A stretch of 64,000 bases of DNA from Octopus vulgaris. Taxonomy: Eukaryota. Position 1 is the first letter of the stretch. Each line of letters opens with the position of its first letter. The stretch spans positions 190,774,001 through 190,838,000 of the forward strand of contig OX597815.1 of the NCBI GenBank assembly GCA_951406725.2. Reading direction: 5' to 3'. Both the position numbers and the translations under genes were made by a program. Of the stretch, positions 12,945 to 27,614 are shown piece after piece. The notes below the pieces were generated by a model. The model made no database searches, had not been told where the DNA came from, and saw nothing but the letters and a program-made list of their open reading frames with translations.

Positions 12945-13218
12945 TATCACTATAATTTGACAGAAAATAACAGAAGCACAAAAGGAAAACTTCAAATAAG
13001 ACGTCGTAGAGATGGCATTTAAAAAAAAATTTGGTTCAAGATTTGTTGGTCCCTTTTGCTGACATAAATAATACACTATGTTATTCTATGAGCTCTAATC
13101 CTCTTTGACAGTTTAGGTAAATGTGAAACCTTACTTGAATGTATGTCATCTGAATATAATAAAAATTTTGTGTTACAGTCAATATATCAGCTATATTCAA
13201 GAGCTGGCTATACATCTA

Positions 13219-13296
<78 letters not shown>

Positions 13297-13560
13297 CATG
13301 CATAGATATACAAACATACACACACATGTATGTATGCGTATGCATGCATGTAAGTATGTAGTGCGTATATACAGCTATACTCACATATATGACTATATAT
13401 AACTATATATATACAGATAGATAGATAGATAGATATGTATCAGCAGGGGTAGGTTTATGTGTATACTGTATACATACATGCATACGTATATATATATATA
13501 TATGTCCAATCCATGCTAGCATGGAAAACGGACATTAAACGATGATGATATATATATATA

Positions 13561-13660
13561 TAGTATCTCTTAACTTAGTAGCTCTTGTACATTAAATGAT
13601 ATATATATATATATATATATATCATTTAATGTACAAGAGCTACTAAGTTAAGAGATACTA
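13561..13660. repeat. Perfect 100-bp palindrome with a (TA)n centre
   Basis: TAGTATCTCTTAACTTAGTAGCTCTTGTACATTAAATGA-(TA)n-its reverse complement. Confidence 0.9.
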
Positions 13661-13824
13661 ATAATTTCTTACCATAAAGACACTGTGATTAGACAGATTT
13701 ATATAACGTGCCTTGTGTCTCCAAGCAATCTTCAAGCACGAGGCACCCCACTTCCCTCACACACACATACATATACACACACACATATACACATATAAAT
13801 ATCTATCTATAGATAGACAGATAA

Positions 13825-13855
<31 letters not shown>

Positions 13856-14672
13856 TGTGCCTGTATATGTATCTATGCACAATGTATATATATATATATG
13901 TGTGTGTGCGTGTGTATGTATGTATATATATATATATATATATAGTCTGCATGTATGTGTATTTATGTGTATCTATGTATGTATATACATTATGTGAATA
14001 TATATATGTATATGTATATACATTATATGAATATATATATGTATGTATGTATGTCTATATATATATGTACATACATGTTTGTATGTACATATATGTACGT
14101 ATATGTATGTCTATATAATTAATCGATTCTTCAATATTAAAGTGACGTATGTCAATAAACTTGGTTTTCTCTGGAATTTTCCATTGCTCAAAATGCAATT
14201 ATCTAAGATGTCTTTAACTTGGCCCTCCTTGCAAAATAGCAATCTTGGTTCCTGCTGCGTTATTCTGCCATATCTTAATAGACCAAAAAAAAAATGAAGA
14301 AAACAAAGGTTTGCCATAATCTTTTGAAATCAAAGAATAAAAATATCGAAAGATTTCTCTACCTCACAAGACTACTTCTGTTAGACATTAATCACAGACC
14401 CACAGACAGACAGGCACTCATACTGACATACTCACACGGGCATACACTCACACATATTTGCAAGCATACACACACACACAAACATATATACACTCATACA
14501 CACATACATGCACATACATGAGAGCACACATGTACACGCACACGTATAGACATACATACACACACATGCATATACAGTATTGTTTTAACTTTTCTATTAT
14601 GGCAGAAAAAAGACACATTTTGTTATCCACAGATTAAATGCATATCTGTCTGTTAATGTGTTAGTTTGCATG

Positions 14673-14707
<35 letters not shown>

Positions 14708-14754
14708 ATGTATAACCCATGCTAGCATGGAAAACGGACGCTAAACGATGATGA

Positions 14755-14793
14755 TACATATACATATATACATATATATATATACACATATAT

Positions 14794-14865
<72 letters not shown>

Positions 14866-14944
14866 GTATATATATATATGTATATATATATATGTATATA
14901 TATATATGTATATATATATATGTATATATGTATATATATATATG

Positions 14945-14994
<50 letters not shown>

Positions 14995-15045
14995 TATATA
15001 TGTATGTATATGTGTATGTATATATGTGTATGTGTATATGTGTGT
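14755..15045. repeat. Interrupted (TA)n microsatellite
   Basis: Direct inspection; similar tracts at about 37180-37280, 37720-37860, 44530-44645 and 46504-46572. Confidence 0.95.
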
Positions 15046-16613
15046 GCTATAACTATAAGCAAATGCGTTCTGAAGAACCATGTGTGTATGTGCCACTGCC
15101 ATTTATTTCCATATATTGAACTATCTCTGTAATCAATAAGAAGGATATCTTCATATTTATAGGCAGGTGTAAAAGTATTTTTATTCCTGCAGGAAATAAA
15201 ATATGTATAGATGTGTGCATAATTTTGCACATTAGTGTGTGTGTGCATGCGTGTGTGTGTGCATGCGTGTGTGTGTGTGCATGTGTGTGTGTGTGTGTGT
15301 GTGTATTTATATGTGCATCCATGTGCCAATAAAACATCTTAATCTGACTCTGAAACACAAGGAAATTACCATTTAGAGAATTGATAATGTTCTTCTAAAA
15401 TAACTCAGATACCATGATGGACCCGTAACTATTTTGCCATCATTGGTTCTTAATGTATTCAGTTTTCTAGAATAGTATAAACAGCCATAAACTGCAGAAT
15501 CTTCTTGTATTCAGTAATGCTTATTACAAGGAATACATCTTCCCTATTATGAGCAATATCTTGATCACCATGGATCTAAAACAAGCGGGAAATTGCAGAA
15601 ACAAACATTAGAAACATAATGACATTTACAGTTTTGAATAAAAAAAATCAATTCCTTGAAATAAATTGTTTATATTCCTGAAATTAAAATATCTCAATGA
15701 AATTTCATTCTAAATTTAGTTTGCAGTCATTGTTGTTTTATGCTTGTGTGTGTTTGAATAGGCATTTTTTTTTTTTTTTGGTATTTTAAATATTAAATTA
15801 TTCTAAATAGTTTAATGAAGCATGGTTGTGTGGTTATGAAGCTCCCTTTTGCAGTCACATGGTTTCAGGTTCAATCCCATTGTACAGAACCTTGGGTGGG
15901 TACCTTCTACCATAATAGTGTAAACATACATAGGTAAAAAATAATATTCTTTTCTATTCTAGGCTGAAGAGCTGAAATTTTTGCAGAGGTGGCCAGTCGA
16001 TTAGATCAACCCCAGTACACAACTGGTACTTAATTTATCGACTCCGAAAGTATGACAGGGAAAGTTGATCTCAGCAGAATTTTAATTCAGAACATAAAGA
16101 CAGACAAAATACCTATTTTTTTACTACCCACAAGGAGCCAAACACAGAGGGCACAAACAAGGACAGACAAAGGGATTAAGTCGACTACATCGACTCCAGT
16201 GCGTAACTGTTACCTAATTTATCGACCACAAAAGGATGAAAGGCGAAGTCAATCTCAGCAGAATTTTCACTCAGAACGTAAAGACAGACAAATACTGCTA
16301 AGCATTTCATCCGGCATGCTAACGTTTCTGCCAGCTTGTCACCTTAAATGAAATATTAACTTGTGTTTATCGTAATTTCTTCAATTTATAGATATATATA
16401 TATTCTTTTATTCTTTCGTTTCAGTCATTTATTTAACTGTGGCCATGCTGGAGCACCACCTTTAGTCAAACAAATCGATCCCAGGACTTATTCTTTGTGA
16501 GCCTAGAACTTATTCTATCAGTCTCTTTTGCCAAACCGCTAGTTTACAGGGAAGTAAACACACTAACATCAGTTGTCAATCGATGTTGGTTGGGACAAAC
16601 ACAGACATGCAAA

Positions 16614-16701
<88 letters not shown>

Positions 16702-16858
16702 AACACATAATATATGTATATAATTTAGAAAAAATCCACTATTAAACAATTCAATAATGAAAGATGTTATTCACACCATATAGAAAACATATACTATAAA
16801 AACCTTATTCTAAAAATCAATAAAGTACAAAAACAATAAATAGTAAATAGTAGTCAAA

Positions 16859-16977
16859 AGACTATGCACATTTCATGGCTATATTTTCAAATAGATAATA
16901 ATAATAAAATCAATTGATTTAAAATTAAATCGATCTAAAATTAATTCTATTTAAAAATATAGTCACTCATCAGGTCT
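16859..16977 (-). ncRNA. Type I hammerhead ribozyme motif with an extended stem II
   Basis: AGAC-CTGATGA-[about 21-bp stem GTGACTATATTTTTAAATAGA/TCTATTTGAAAATATAGCCAT]-GAAA-TGTGCA-TA-GTCT. Lies within an AT-rich element (about 16717-17110) next to (TA)n. Confidence 0.7.
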
Positions 16978-18420
16978 AAAATAATTAATAATAATAAAAT
17001 AATAAATAATAAAAAAAAATAATAGAATAAATGTACTTATCTTAACTTATACTAATTATCAAATAAATATAGAAAAATACATGTATTAACTATAAATAAT
17101 CGAAAAACATTTAACAATATTTCTTAAGAAAGTGAACCTCAGCAGGATTTGAACTCAGACTCTAAAAGCTGACGAAATGCTGCTAAGTATTTTGTTTCGT
17201 ATGCTAAGAATTCTGCCAGCTTACCACCTTCAAATAAACAACTAAATGTTGATTTCAAATTTTAGCACAAGGCCAGCAATTTCTGGGGTAAGGGTAAGTT
17301 GATTACATCGACCCCATTGCTCAATTGGTGCTTATTTTATTGACCCTGAAGGAATGAAAGTCAAAGCCGACTTTGGTGGCATTTGAACTCAGAACATGAA
17401 GATGGATGAAATACCACTAAGCACCTTCAAACAGCTTTATATTAACAGTTGAAACATGAAATATATTTGTTTGCCATAGGAAGAAATGTCTAATGTTTTA
17501 AAACCTCTCTCTAATGAAATGTGTATACATACATACTTGCATATATATATATGCAAGTATGTATGTATACACATACATTCCCACACACAAAATGCTCACA
17601 GTGAGATTGAACCCATGTATTTGTTAAACCTCACAGTTGACACCAGATTATTACTCATGTCTTCAAATTCCATTGTTTACTAAACTCACTAAGTACTTTG
17701 GTAAAGAATCATGAACTATGAACAAATGATTAATGAGGACCTATTTGTGCCTCATCTCTGCTTCCATATTAAATTAGTCACTCATACTGGCTTTTTACTC
17801 TCTACTTCACTGCACACAAAAACCTCGCTTTTATGATGCATTTACCATTTCCCATTTATTATCACCACCATATCAAAAGGTAGGCGATATATATATTTAA
17901 TAGGTCACTCAAAATAATAAGTGCACTTCTCGACTAATTATTTCTCTCGTATTTTATTTCCTTCAGATGAAAGAGTAATGTTTTACGAATATTGTGTTAG
18001 TAACACAGCATTCCAATTTAATTCCAAACGGCAGAAAGATAATGATTTGCAATTATCCATTTTACAAGAGTCTTTCCTTTTTAGCTTACATTATCTGAGC
18101 TAATTAAGTTTAGTTTTTCAAATGTTAGATAGTCTTTTCTCTTTTCTTTATTTCAAATACATATAGATATTTATAGGTGTCTGTTTATGTTTAATTGTAT
18201 GTCAATAAGTGCAATCGAGTGCATTCACATATGTAGCTGAATGTGGTTACATGTGACATAAAATTGATGCATGAACAATCATCTGTAAAATAACAAAATA
18301 CACTTTAGCTGAAAACACACAGACACATAGACGCACACATACTCACACACAGACACACACACCCCCACATGCATACATACACACATACATACAGACATAC
18401 ATACATATGTGCATGCATAT

Positions 18421-18790
18421 TACTCTTTTACTTGTTTCAGTCATTTGACTGTGGCCATGCTGGAGCACCACCTTTAGTCGAGCAAATCGACCCCAGGACT
18501 TATTCTTTGTAAGCCTAGTACTTATTCTATTGGTCTCTTTTGCCAAACCGCTAAGTTACGGGAACATAAACACACCACCATCAGTTGTCAAGTGATGTTG
18601 GGGGAACAAACACAGACAGACAAACGTATACACACACACATACATATATATGACAGGCTTCCACTCACAAGACTTTGGTCAGCCTAAGGCTTTAGTAGAA
18701 GACACTTGCCCAAGGTGCCACGCAGTGGGACTGAACCCGGAACCATGTGGTTGGTAAGCAAGCTACTTACCACACAGCCACTCCTACACC
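18421..18790 (-). mobile_element. SINE family A
   Basis: Reverse-complement match to 808-1217 with a small internal deletion. Confidence 0.85.
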
Positions 18791-19279
18791 TATATACATT
18801 TATACATAGATACATACATGCATGTCTATATGTATGTAGATATATATAATATTTATATTTATTTTGATTCACACAGAAGGCATAAATTATAGAACTCAAA
18901 ACAAATGAAATTCTTTAATACATTATAGCTAAAACTTATAATGTATATATCATCAGCATCATTATCGTCATTGTTTTACATCCGCTTTCCATGGGGTGGA
19001 TGGTTTGACTGAGGACTGGTGAGCCAGATGGCTAATCCAGGCTCCAGTCTGATCTGGCAAAGTTTCTACAGCTAGATGCCCTTCTTAATGCCAACCAGAG
19101 TGTAGTGGGTGCTGTTTACTTGCCTCCAGTATGGGGACCAGTCAGGCGGTTCTGGCAATGACCACGCTCGAAAGGTGTTTTTTATGTGCTACCTGAAGAG
19201 GAGCCAGTCTGGCAGCACTGGCAACGGTCATGCTCAAATATATGTATATATATATATATATCATATATCATATATGTGT

Positions 19280-19423
19280 AATGTATGTATGTATGTATGT
19301 ATGTATGTATGTATGTATGTATGTATGTATGTATGTATGTATGTATGTATGAATGTATGTGTGAATGTATGTGTGAATGTATGTATGTATGTGTGAATGT
19401 ATGTGTGAATGTATGTATGTATG

Positions 19424-19457
<34 letters not shown>

Positions 19458-19616
19458 TGTATGTATGTATGTATGTATGTATGTATGTATGTATGTATTT
19501 ATGTATGTATGTATGTATGTAGAGGTGGTAAAGAAATTATTCCATTTTTCAGACTTTTACTATTTAGTATCAACTGCTTCTTAATATTTGTGTATCTTCT
19601 ACCAGCAAAGATGGAT

Positions 19617-19653
<37 letters not shown>

Positions 19654-20416
19654 AGCATAATACAACAACAACACACATGCATATGCATACACACTCACAG
19701 CTCACAAAACACACACACACACACGACACGCACCTGCAAACACATGCCCACACAAACACACAGACACACATAAACTGCCTGCATCAGTTGTTGACTGCCA
19801 TGACACTGCATCCTTTAAGGCCCTCATGCTTCCCGAAATCCGTCGAAACTACACCTGATTATTATATATATACACTTTAGATGAGTTGTAGTGCACCTGA
19901 GCACTGTACACAATTATTATTATTATTATTATGTGCACACTCACGATACAACGCTACACGCATGCACATGCCCTCACAGCACACAAAACACACACATACA
20001 CACAATACACATATGCACACACGCACACACACACACGTGCACACACACATGCACACTTGCACATATGTGCATGTCTATCGCTATGCCATCATACCTTTGA
20101 ATTTCCGCCGTTACGGCAGCAGTTCCTTTTTTTTACTTTTAACAAAAAATACAGTGTGTTGATTGCGTACATTCATAATTTTTGTAAATGACAGGAAACC
20201 AAATGAAAAAGTTATACATCTTTTATCGTTTACTTACTTCAGTCATGCTGGGGCACCACCATCAAGGTTTCCTCTTCATCGAACAAATCTATGTTTGTGT
20301 ATGTGTGAATTTTTGTATGTACGCATGTATGTATGTATGTATGTATGTATGAATGTATGTCAGTATGTATGTATGTGTGTATGTATGTATGTATTTATGT
20401 ATTATGTATGTATGTA

Positions 20417-20447
<31 letters not shown>

Positions 20448-20990
20448 ATGTATGTATGTATGTATCTATGTATGTATGTATGTATGTATTTATGTATTAT
20501 GTATGTATGTATGTGTGTATGTATGTATGTATGCATGTATGCATGTATGTATGTATGTATGTATGTATGTATGTGTGTATGTATGTATGTATGCATGTAT
20601 GTATGTATGTATGTATGTGTGTATGTATGTATTGTATGTATGTATGTATGTCAGTATGTATGTATGTGTGTATGTATGTATGTGCGTATGTGTGTACGTA
20701 CATATGTGTGTATATATATATGTGTGTGTGTGTGTATAAGCATATGTGTTTGTGTGTGTATGTACGTATGTGTGTATGTATATATATGTGTGTGTGTGTA
20801 TGCATATGTGTGTGCAAGTGTGTGTCTATGTGTGTGTTTTGTGTGCTATGAGTGCATGTGCATGTGCATGCATGTTGTGTTGTATTAAGAGTGTGTGTGT
20901 GTGTGTCTGCGTGTGTGTGCATGTGTGTGTTTTGAGTGTATTGTGTTGTATTATGCATGTGTGTGTGTGTGTCTTTGTGTGTGTAGCATG
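19280..20990. repeat. Compound (TATG)n/(CA)n/(TG)n microsatellite field
   Basis: Direct inspection; the source of many spurious MYVC and HT-repeat ORFs. Confidence 0.95.
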
Positions 20991-21045
20991 TTTCTAATGA
21001 GTAAACAAAGATATGTTGTGAAGAGTTAGAAATGAGACAAATTAC

Positions 21046-21395
21046 TAACAAGGGCACTCAGAGAGTGGAATCCTTCGCCAAGGCAGCACCAATGTCCTCT
21101 CAACGATTAGCCGGAGATAATTCTTAAAATCGGAATATCTGAAATAAACTCGACTGCTCTCACAAATGAGAATACTAAAAATGAACCCGACCACTCTCAA
21201 AAATGAAGTAAAAAGACACGAAGAATAATCCAGAATCCTTGTCTGTTACTGGATCAATCCCAAAATCTAATCAGTTCATGCCAGTCATGAGGCCAAACAT
21301 CCATCTTGCGGTTCTTGAAATATCTTGTCCATAAACAAACAAACAAGCAAATGTGACTGAAAAACAATACCTCGGCCTTTGCTAAGGCAGCAGTC
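21046..21395 (-). mobile_element. Probable non-autonomous Helentron/HINE-like element, decayed
   Basis: Minus-strand end CCTTGGCGAAGG followed by the hairpin CACTC-tct-GAGTG and CTTGTT, with a degenerate counterpart near 21365-21392. Classification is inference. Confidence 0.45.
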
Positions 21396-21540
21396 TTCAA
21401 AGAATCTACACAGAATTATGATTATGTTACCTCTTATGATATGGAAAAATGAGTAATCCAGCATGGAAATGGAACCAAAGGTCCTGCAAATTTCATGATG
21501 TACCTGCGTGTGTGTGTGTGTGCGCACGCGCGTGTGTGTG

Positions 21541-21599
<59 letters not shown>

Positions 21600-22594
21600 A
21601 TCTTTATCTCTAGAAAGCTGAAATGCGAAAAGTTTGTTTGTCTCATTTTGGGATTGGAACGGGTTATGGGGCACTAGATGGGGTTGGATTGGCTCCACAA
21701 TTTACAGGGACATGTAAAAAGAGGTGAGGAAGGTAGTGGACTAGGTTAGAAACCCTTATCTTAAAAGCTGTGGTTACTAGGGTAACAAAACCCACACTTT
21801 GACAAGTGTTTCTCGTTTCTCTCTTTTGCATATCAGCTGTCTTCCTCCATCTCTTTCTTTCCTTCCTTCCCTCCACTTTTTCTCTATAACGACGTTTGAC
21901 AGCTTTGCCATCTCTCTGTCACTCTTTCTTCCACCACCTCTCTCACTGTATGTCTGTCTGTATCTATAGAAAGAACGCGTTGACAGCCGCAAAAGTTTAA
22001 ATATTCCCGCCACAGGTCTTTTAGAATGGTGAATCATTATCGCCTACCACCATTGCACAATCAGATATATTGTCTTAATTTATATATATTTGTATGTATA
22101 TAAATATATATATATATAATGTGTCTACATATATATATGTGTGTATATATATAAAGTGTATATATTTATATATATGTATGTGTGTATATATATATATATG
22201 TAGACATGTATATATAATGCATATATATGTAGATATTTAATGCGTATGTATATATATATATATTTGTGTGTGCATATGTGGTCAGATTGAGCTGAAAATA
22301 TGCACACCTATTTTAAAAGTGCTAGCAAGTTTGCATGGCAACTTTGAGTTTGCTCAATTGAAAGGCATGGCCTCTAGGGCAAAATTCCTCATCTTTTAAA
22401 ATGTGGCCTGTGTAGACCTGAATGAAATTGGGTTATAATACCGAAACAAGTAAAACAATAATAAACCATTTTAATTCCGAGCAAAGCCGGGTATATCTGT
22501 CTAATCTATAAAATGAAGAAGGGGAACGTTGATACAAATTGGATTTTTATGTAAAAAGGGGTCTAAATGGGGCTGGAAGGGGATTAAAATTTAC

Positions 22595-22830
22595 AGGAGC
22601 TAGATGTAGTGTGCAAGAGAGAAGACTGAACTGGTTTGGTCATGTGATGTGGATGGTTGTTGAACAGCTCCATAAAGATGTCCCAATCACTCAGAGTGGA
22701 TGGAATTCATGGGAGATGGAGATCCAGTACGGCATGGGAGGAAGTACTGAAGGCCAATCTCAGGACACTGGACTTTACAGAGGATATGACAAAGGAGCAA
22801 GATATCTGGTGCCTTGCTGTACTCAAGAAG
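22595..22830 (+). mobile_element. RTE-clade LINE 3' ORF remnant
   Basis: VQERRLNWFGHV and, after a frameshift, GRWRSSTAWEEVLKANL...DIW, the typical RTE RT C-terminus. Confidence 0.75.
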
Positions 22831-24362
22831 AACTCTCAAAAGTTATTTTATTTCTCTCTACCAAGCAATTATGTATGTACTTTCTCCTTAATGATAGCCA
22901 GAGATAATTCTTAAAATAGGAATATCTGAAATAAACCCGACTGCTCTCACAAATGAGAATACTAAAAATGAACCCGACCACTCTCAAAAATGAAGTAAAA
23001 TGACACGAGGAATAATCCAAAATCCTTGTCTGTTACTGGATCAATCCCAAAATCTAATCAGTTCATGCCAGTCATGAGGCCAAACATCCATCTTGCGGTT
23101 CTTGAGATATCTTGGCCACAAACAAACAAACAAGTGTGACTGAAAACAATACCTCTACCTTTGCTAAGGCAGCAGTCTTCAAAGAATTTACACAGAATTA
23201 TGATTATGTTACCTCTTATGTTATGGCAAAATGAGTAATCCAGCATGGAAATGGAACCAAAGGTCCTGCAAATTTCATGATATACCTCTCTGTGTGTGTG
23301 TATGGATCGTTGGATGTGTGTGCATCTATTATTAACAATTACAGAGTTGATGACAAAGGACCAAGATATCTGGTGCCTTGCTGTACTCAAGAAGATCTCT
23401 CAAAAGTTATTTTATTTCTCTCTACCAAGCAATTATGTATGTACTTTCTCCTTAATGATATTAAACCTAAAATTGTGATACTTATGACTTATCTCTATCA
23501 ATAATTGTTTGATCTAAGTACACATAATAACTGTTTTTGTTTTCATCTTATAAAACTCTAAAGACAACTTTCCAATGTATTTTCTCTGATAATATTCATG
23601 AAAAAAAACAACAGTGACTTCAAACTCTAACAGATAATAATTAATTAATTCTTATTTTAATTGATGTTTTTTAGTGCAACTTTCAATGATTTCTTATAAG
23701 GAAATTTCTTCAAGTGTATTTCTATTGATTTCTGTTTATCTCTCCTTAATCTTGCATTTTATCAACGGCTGCTGTGAAACATCAAGTATACTGTTGTTGT
23801 TTAACCCCGGTTAAGTCCCGATCAATCAGATTTATGATGAAAGGCATTGATGGATATCCCGTTTATTTTAGGGGTGGAATATATAAGGTTACATTATCTT
23901 GTGTCTTTTACTTGTTTAAAACTGTAGGGTATGATAAGAGGAAGATTTGGTTTCTATTTCTAGAAGATTAAGCAGCCATGTAAAAACTCCCTCAGAGGCT
24001 TATAGCTTCATATTTACAGAAAACATTATCAAGCAATTCTTCCATTCATTTTATTTTATTTTATTTTATTTATTCATTTTCATTTATTTATTTATATTTA
24101 TTGTAATTAACACATTAAAGATGGTGGAAGCAGCTTAGAAGAAAGAAAACAGATTAGAGGATAAGAAAATGAATAAATTCCTACATTTGTTTGAAAAAAG
24201 GTTCGGCATCGCCTTTTATTTCCCTAAGTCTCTCAACAATTCATCTAATTAATTTTTTTTTATCTTTACTTTTCTTTCTAATCTCATTAATCTTTTTTCT
24301 TTGTTCATTTTTACAATTTCAACTTCATTTATAGATCTATTTATTTACTTTTGTATTTCCTA

Positions 24363-24421
<59 letters not shown>

Positions 24422-24486
24422 ATATATGTATATATATATGTATATACATATATAACCCATGTTAGCATGGAAAACGAATGTTAAAC

Positions 24487-24519
<33 letters not shown>

Positions 24520-24560
24520 ATATATTTATATATGCATGTATATGTATGTATCTGTATATG

Positions 24561-24598
<38 letters not shown>

Positions 24599-24801
24599 TA
24601 TATATATACCTTTCTAAATATAACATTTTCCATTCTGTAGCAAAATTGCTTCTCATGGATAATTCTGAATTTTATCCAAAAATTATTCTTTATTATTTCT
24701 TAACGCCTGAAATCATGTGTGCATATATGCATGCACACATACAAACACACACACACATCCACACAAGTACATGTGTACACATACATATATATATATATAC
24801 A

Positions 24802-24838
<37 letters not shown>

Positions 24839-26347
24839 TCCCCCCACACACAAACACACAAACACATGCATACCTTACTTTAAATGTCTCCATAAATTTT
24901 GCTTCTATATTATTTACAAAGAATATTTCTGTGATTCTAAACATTTGATTGTATCAGAACTTCCAGAATGATTTCTTCAGTTCACTTGGGTTTTTTTGGA
25001 TGCAATCCGATTCTCATAACAAGAGGAAACTTGTATCCTTTCAAAGACACTAACCTTTTATCATCAGCTAACACACTTAAAACTTTATGATCCACTCCTT
25101 CTAGAAACAGAAGTCGCTGCTGACTAAATATTGCATAACCGATCCATGGTTCATTGACCATGTCATCTTTGGTTTATACAATTCTATAAAACAGTAGCAA
25201 AACCTAGAATTGAAACCTTACATCTTTAGTAACTAGGTTTGGACCATACTTAGATCAGGTGGCATGTCTTGGGTACTAACCAAAGAGCTTATAGAATTAT
25301 CACCCCATATTAAAAGATGTTCTATTATGTTCTGGTTGTTACCACTTAATGGAGGTTATAAAAGCAAAAACATGCAAGAATTTGTGCAGAGGTGGCAAAA
25401 AAATGTGTCACATGCAGCAGAGGTTTGAGACGGTTCCCAACAAGATAGACAAACACAGGAGTTTTGGTTTCCAAATGACCTGTGTTCAAAAGAATTTCTT
25501 TGTCTTCAATACACTTCTCCTAGCTCATAAAATAAAAATAAATGCGACCTTTTAAAGCCTAGCCAGGCTCATGGGTCCAGTTTCCCAGTTTCAATGGCAT
25601 ATGTGTTCCCCAGCAGGACGGGACACCAGTCCATTGCAGCGTTACTCATTTTTGCCAGCTGAGTGGACTGGAGCAATGTGAAATGAAGTGTTTTGCTCAA
25701 GAACACAACATGTCGCCCTGTCTAGGAATCGAAACCACAATCTTACGATCAAGATGCTAACACCCTAACCACTAAGCCACGCACCTCTACTCCTAGCTCA
25801 TACCATGAACATAACATCCTTGCCTCTCACCACAAATAAATAACCAATCAATTCTCAGTCATAAAAACATCAAAAGCATTTATTGAATGCACAGAGAACA
25901 AACCCTAGCATTTAAACCAGTCATATCCAGCCAAAATATTGTACCTGTTTTATGTTCAAATTGGCCAGATCTGGCCTCTCACACTAACCCTACTATATCA
26001 TTCTAAAAATTAAGTTTCATCATTGATATCTCAAAGCTACAAAATAATGCATGGTTGATACAAAACAATGTGAACAAAAAAGCTTTACTTTTGACTGAAT
26101 AATGTGAATGCTAAAGAGTTAAAGAGAGAATTCTCCTCAGTTGCAGCTCAACCCCGGATTAAAGGAATCTTCAACTGTGATGAAAAGAGCATTATTCCTG
26201 CTTCTCCCAAAGAGCTACTCTTTCTTGTTATTAATATAACTCCTCATCATCATTATTATTTAACGTCTGTTCTCCATGCTGGCATGGGTAAGACAGGGGC
26301 TGGCATGCTGGAAGGCTGCACCAGATTCGAGTCTGGTTTGGCATAGT

Positions 26348-26755
26348 TACTCTTTACTCTTTTACTTGTTTCAATCAGCTGACTGTGGCCATGCAGGAGC
26401 ACCACCTTTAGTCGAGCAAATCGACCCCAGGACTTATCCTTTGTAAGCCTAGTACTTATTCTATCGGTCTCTTTTGCCAAACCGCTAAGTTATGGAGACG
26501 TAAACACACCAGCATCGGTTGTCAAGTGATGTTGGGGGAACAAACACAGACACACAAACATATACACGCACATACATATATATACATATATACGACGAGC
26601 TTCTTTCAGTTTCCGTCTACCAAATCCACTCGCAAGGCATTGGTTGGCCTGAGGCTATAGTAGAAGAAACTTGCCCAAGGTGCCACGCAGTGGGACTGAA
26701 CCTGGAACCATGTGGTTGGTTAGCAAGCTACTTACCACACAGCCACTCCTATGCC
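26348..26755 (-). mobile_element. SINE family A, nested in an RTE-tailed element
   Basis: Full-length reverse copy; the flanks continue the family E sequence. Confidence 0.85.
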
Positions 26756-27189
26756 TATGTATATTTTGTATATGGCTGGATGCCCTTCCTCATGCCAACC
26801 ACTCTGAGAGAGTAAGGGGTGCTTTTATGTGCCACCAGCACAGGTGCCATTTGCATGACACCAGTATCTGCCACGACTGTGAATTTACTTGGCTTGATGG
26901 ATCTTCATAACTATGAACCACAATTGCTTTGTGTACACCACAATACACAACTGGCAAGCTACTATGTAAAAATGTAAACATTGTAATATACTTCACTAAA
27001 AATAATTGTTAGGCACAGGTACCAAGTTCAATCCCACAGTGTGACACCTTGGGCAAGTATCTTCTACTAGCCTCAAGATGACCAAAGCCTTGTGAATTGA
27101 GATGGCATAAACAGACAGAATCCCATCTTGTGTGTGTATGTGAGTGAGTGTGTGTGTGAGTGAGTGTGTGTATGAGTGTGTGAGTGTGT

Positions 27190-27264
<75 letters not shown>

Positions 27265-27438
27265 TGTGTTTGTCCTCCGCCATTGCTAAACAATCAGTGT
27301 TGTGTTGCTGCGATAATGTCCCCATAATCTAGTGGTCCAGCAAAAAAGACTGATAGAATAATAAACAGGTTTTCAAAAATAAGTATTGGGGTCAATTTGT
27401 TCAACTAAACTTCAAGGTGGTGCCCCAGCATGGCCTGC

Positions 27439-27614
27439 TCAAAAGGAACTCAGCCACCTCAACTCCATGAGACCCAACACTTGAAAGGAACTCAGCCACT
27501 TTGCCTCCATGAGGTCCAATGCTCGAAATGAACTCAGTCACTATGCCTCCATGAGGCCCAACACTTGAAAGGTACTCAGCCATTTTGCCTCCGTGAGGCC
27601 CACTATTCAAAGGT
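27439..27614. repeat. 42-bp tandem repeat, about 4 copies
   Basis: Unit approximately TTGAAAGGAACTCAGCCACTTTGCCTCCATGAGGCCCAACAC. Confidence 0.85.

Noticed and set aside
17966-18103. Plus-strand exon candidate after ttccttcag
   Set aside because: No recognisable protein and no partner exons.
20163-21057. Long ORFs (241 aa and 186 aa) and similar YIYI/MYVC/HTHT ORFs across the window
   Set aside because: Translations of stop-free microsatellites.
24981-25170. Minus-strand 59-aa ORF / exon candidate MVNEPWIGYAIF...
   Set aside because: Weak acceptor and no recognised homology; possibly a decayed transposase end.
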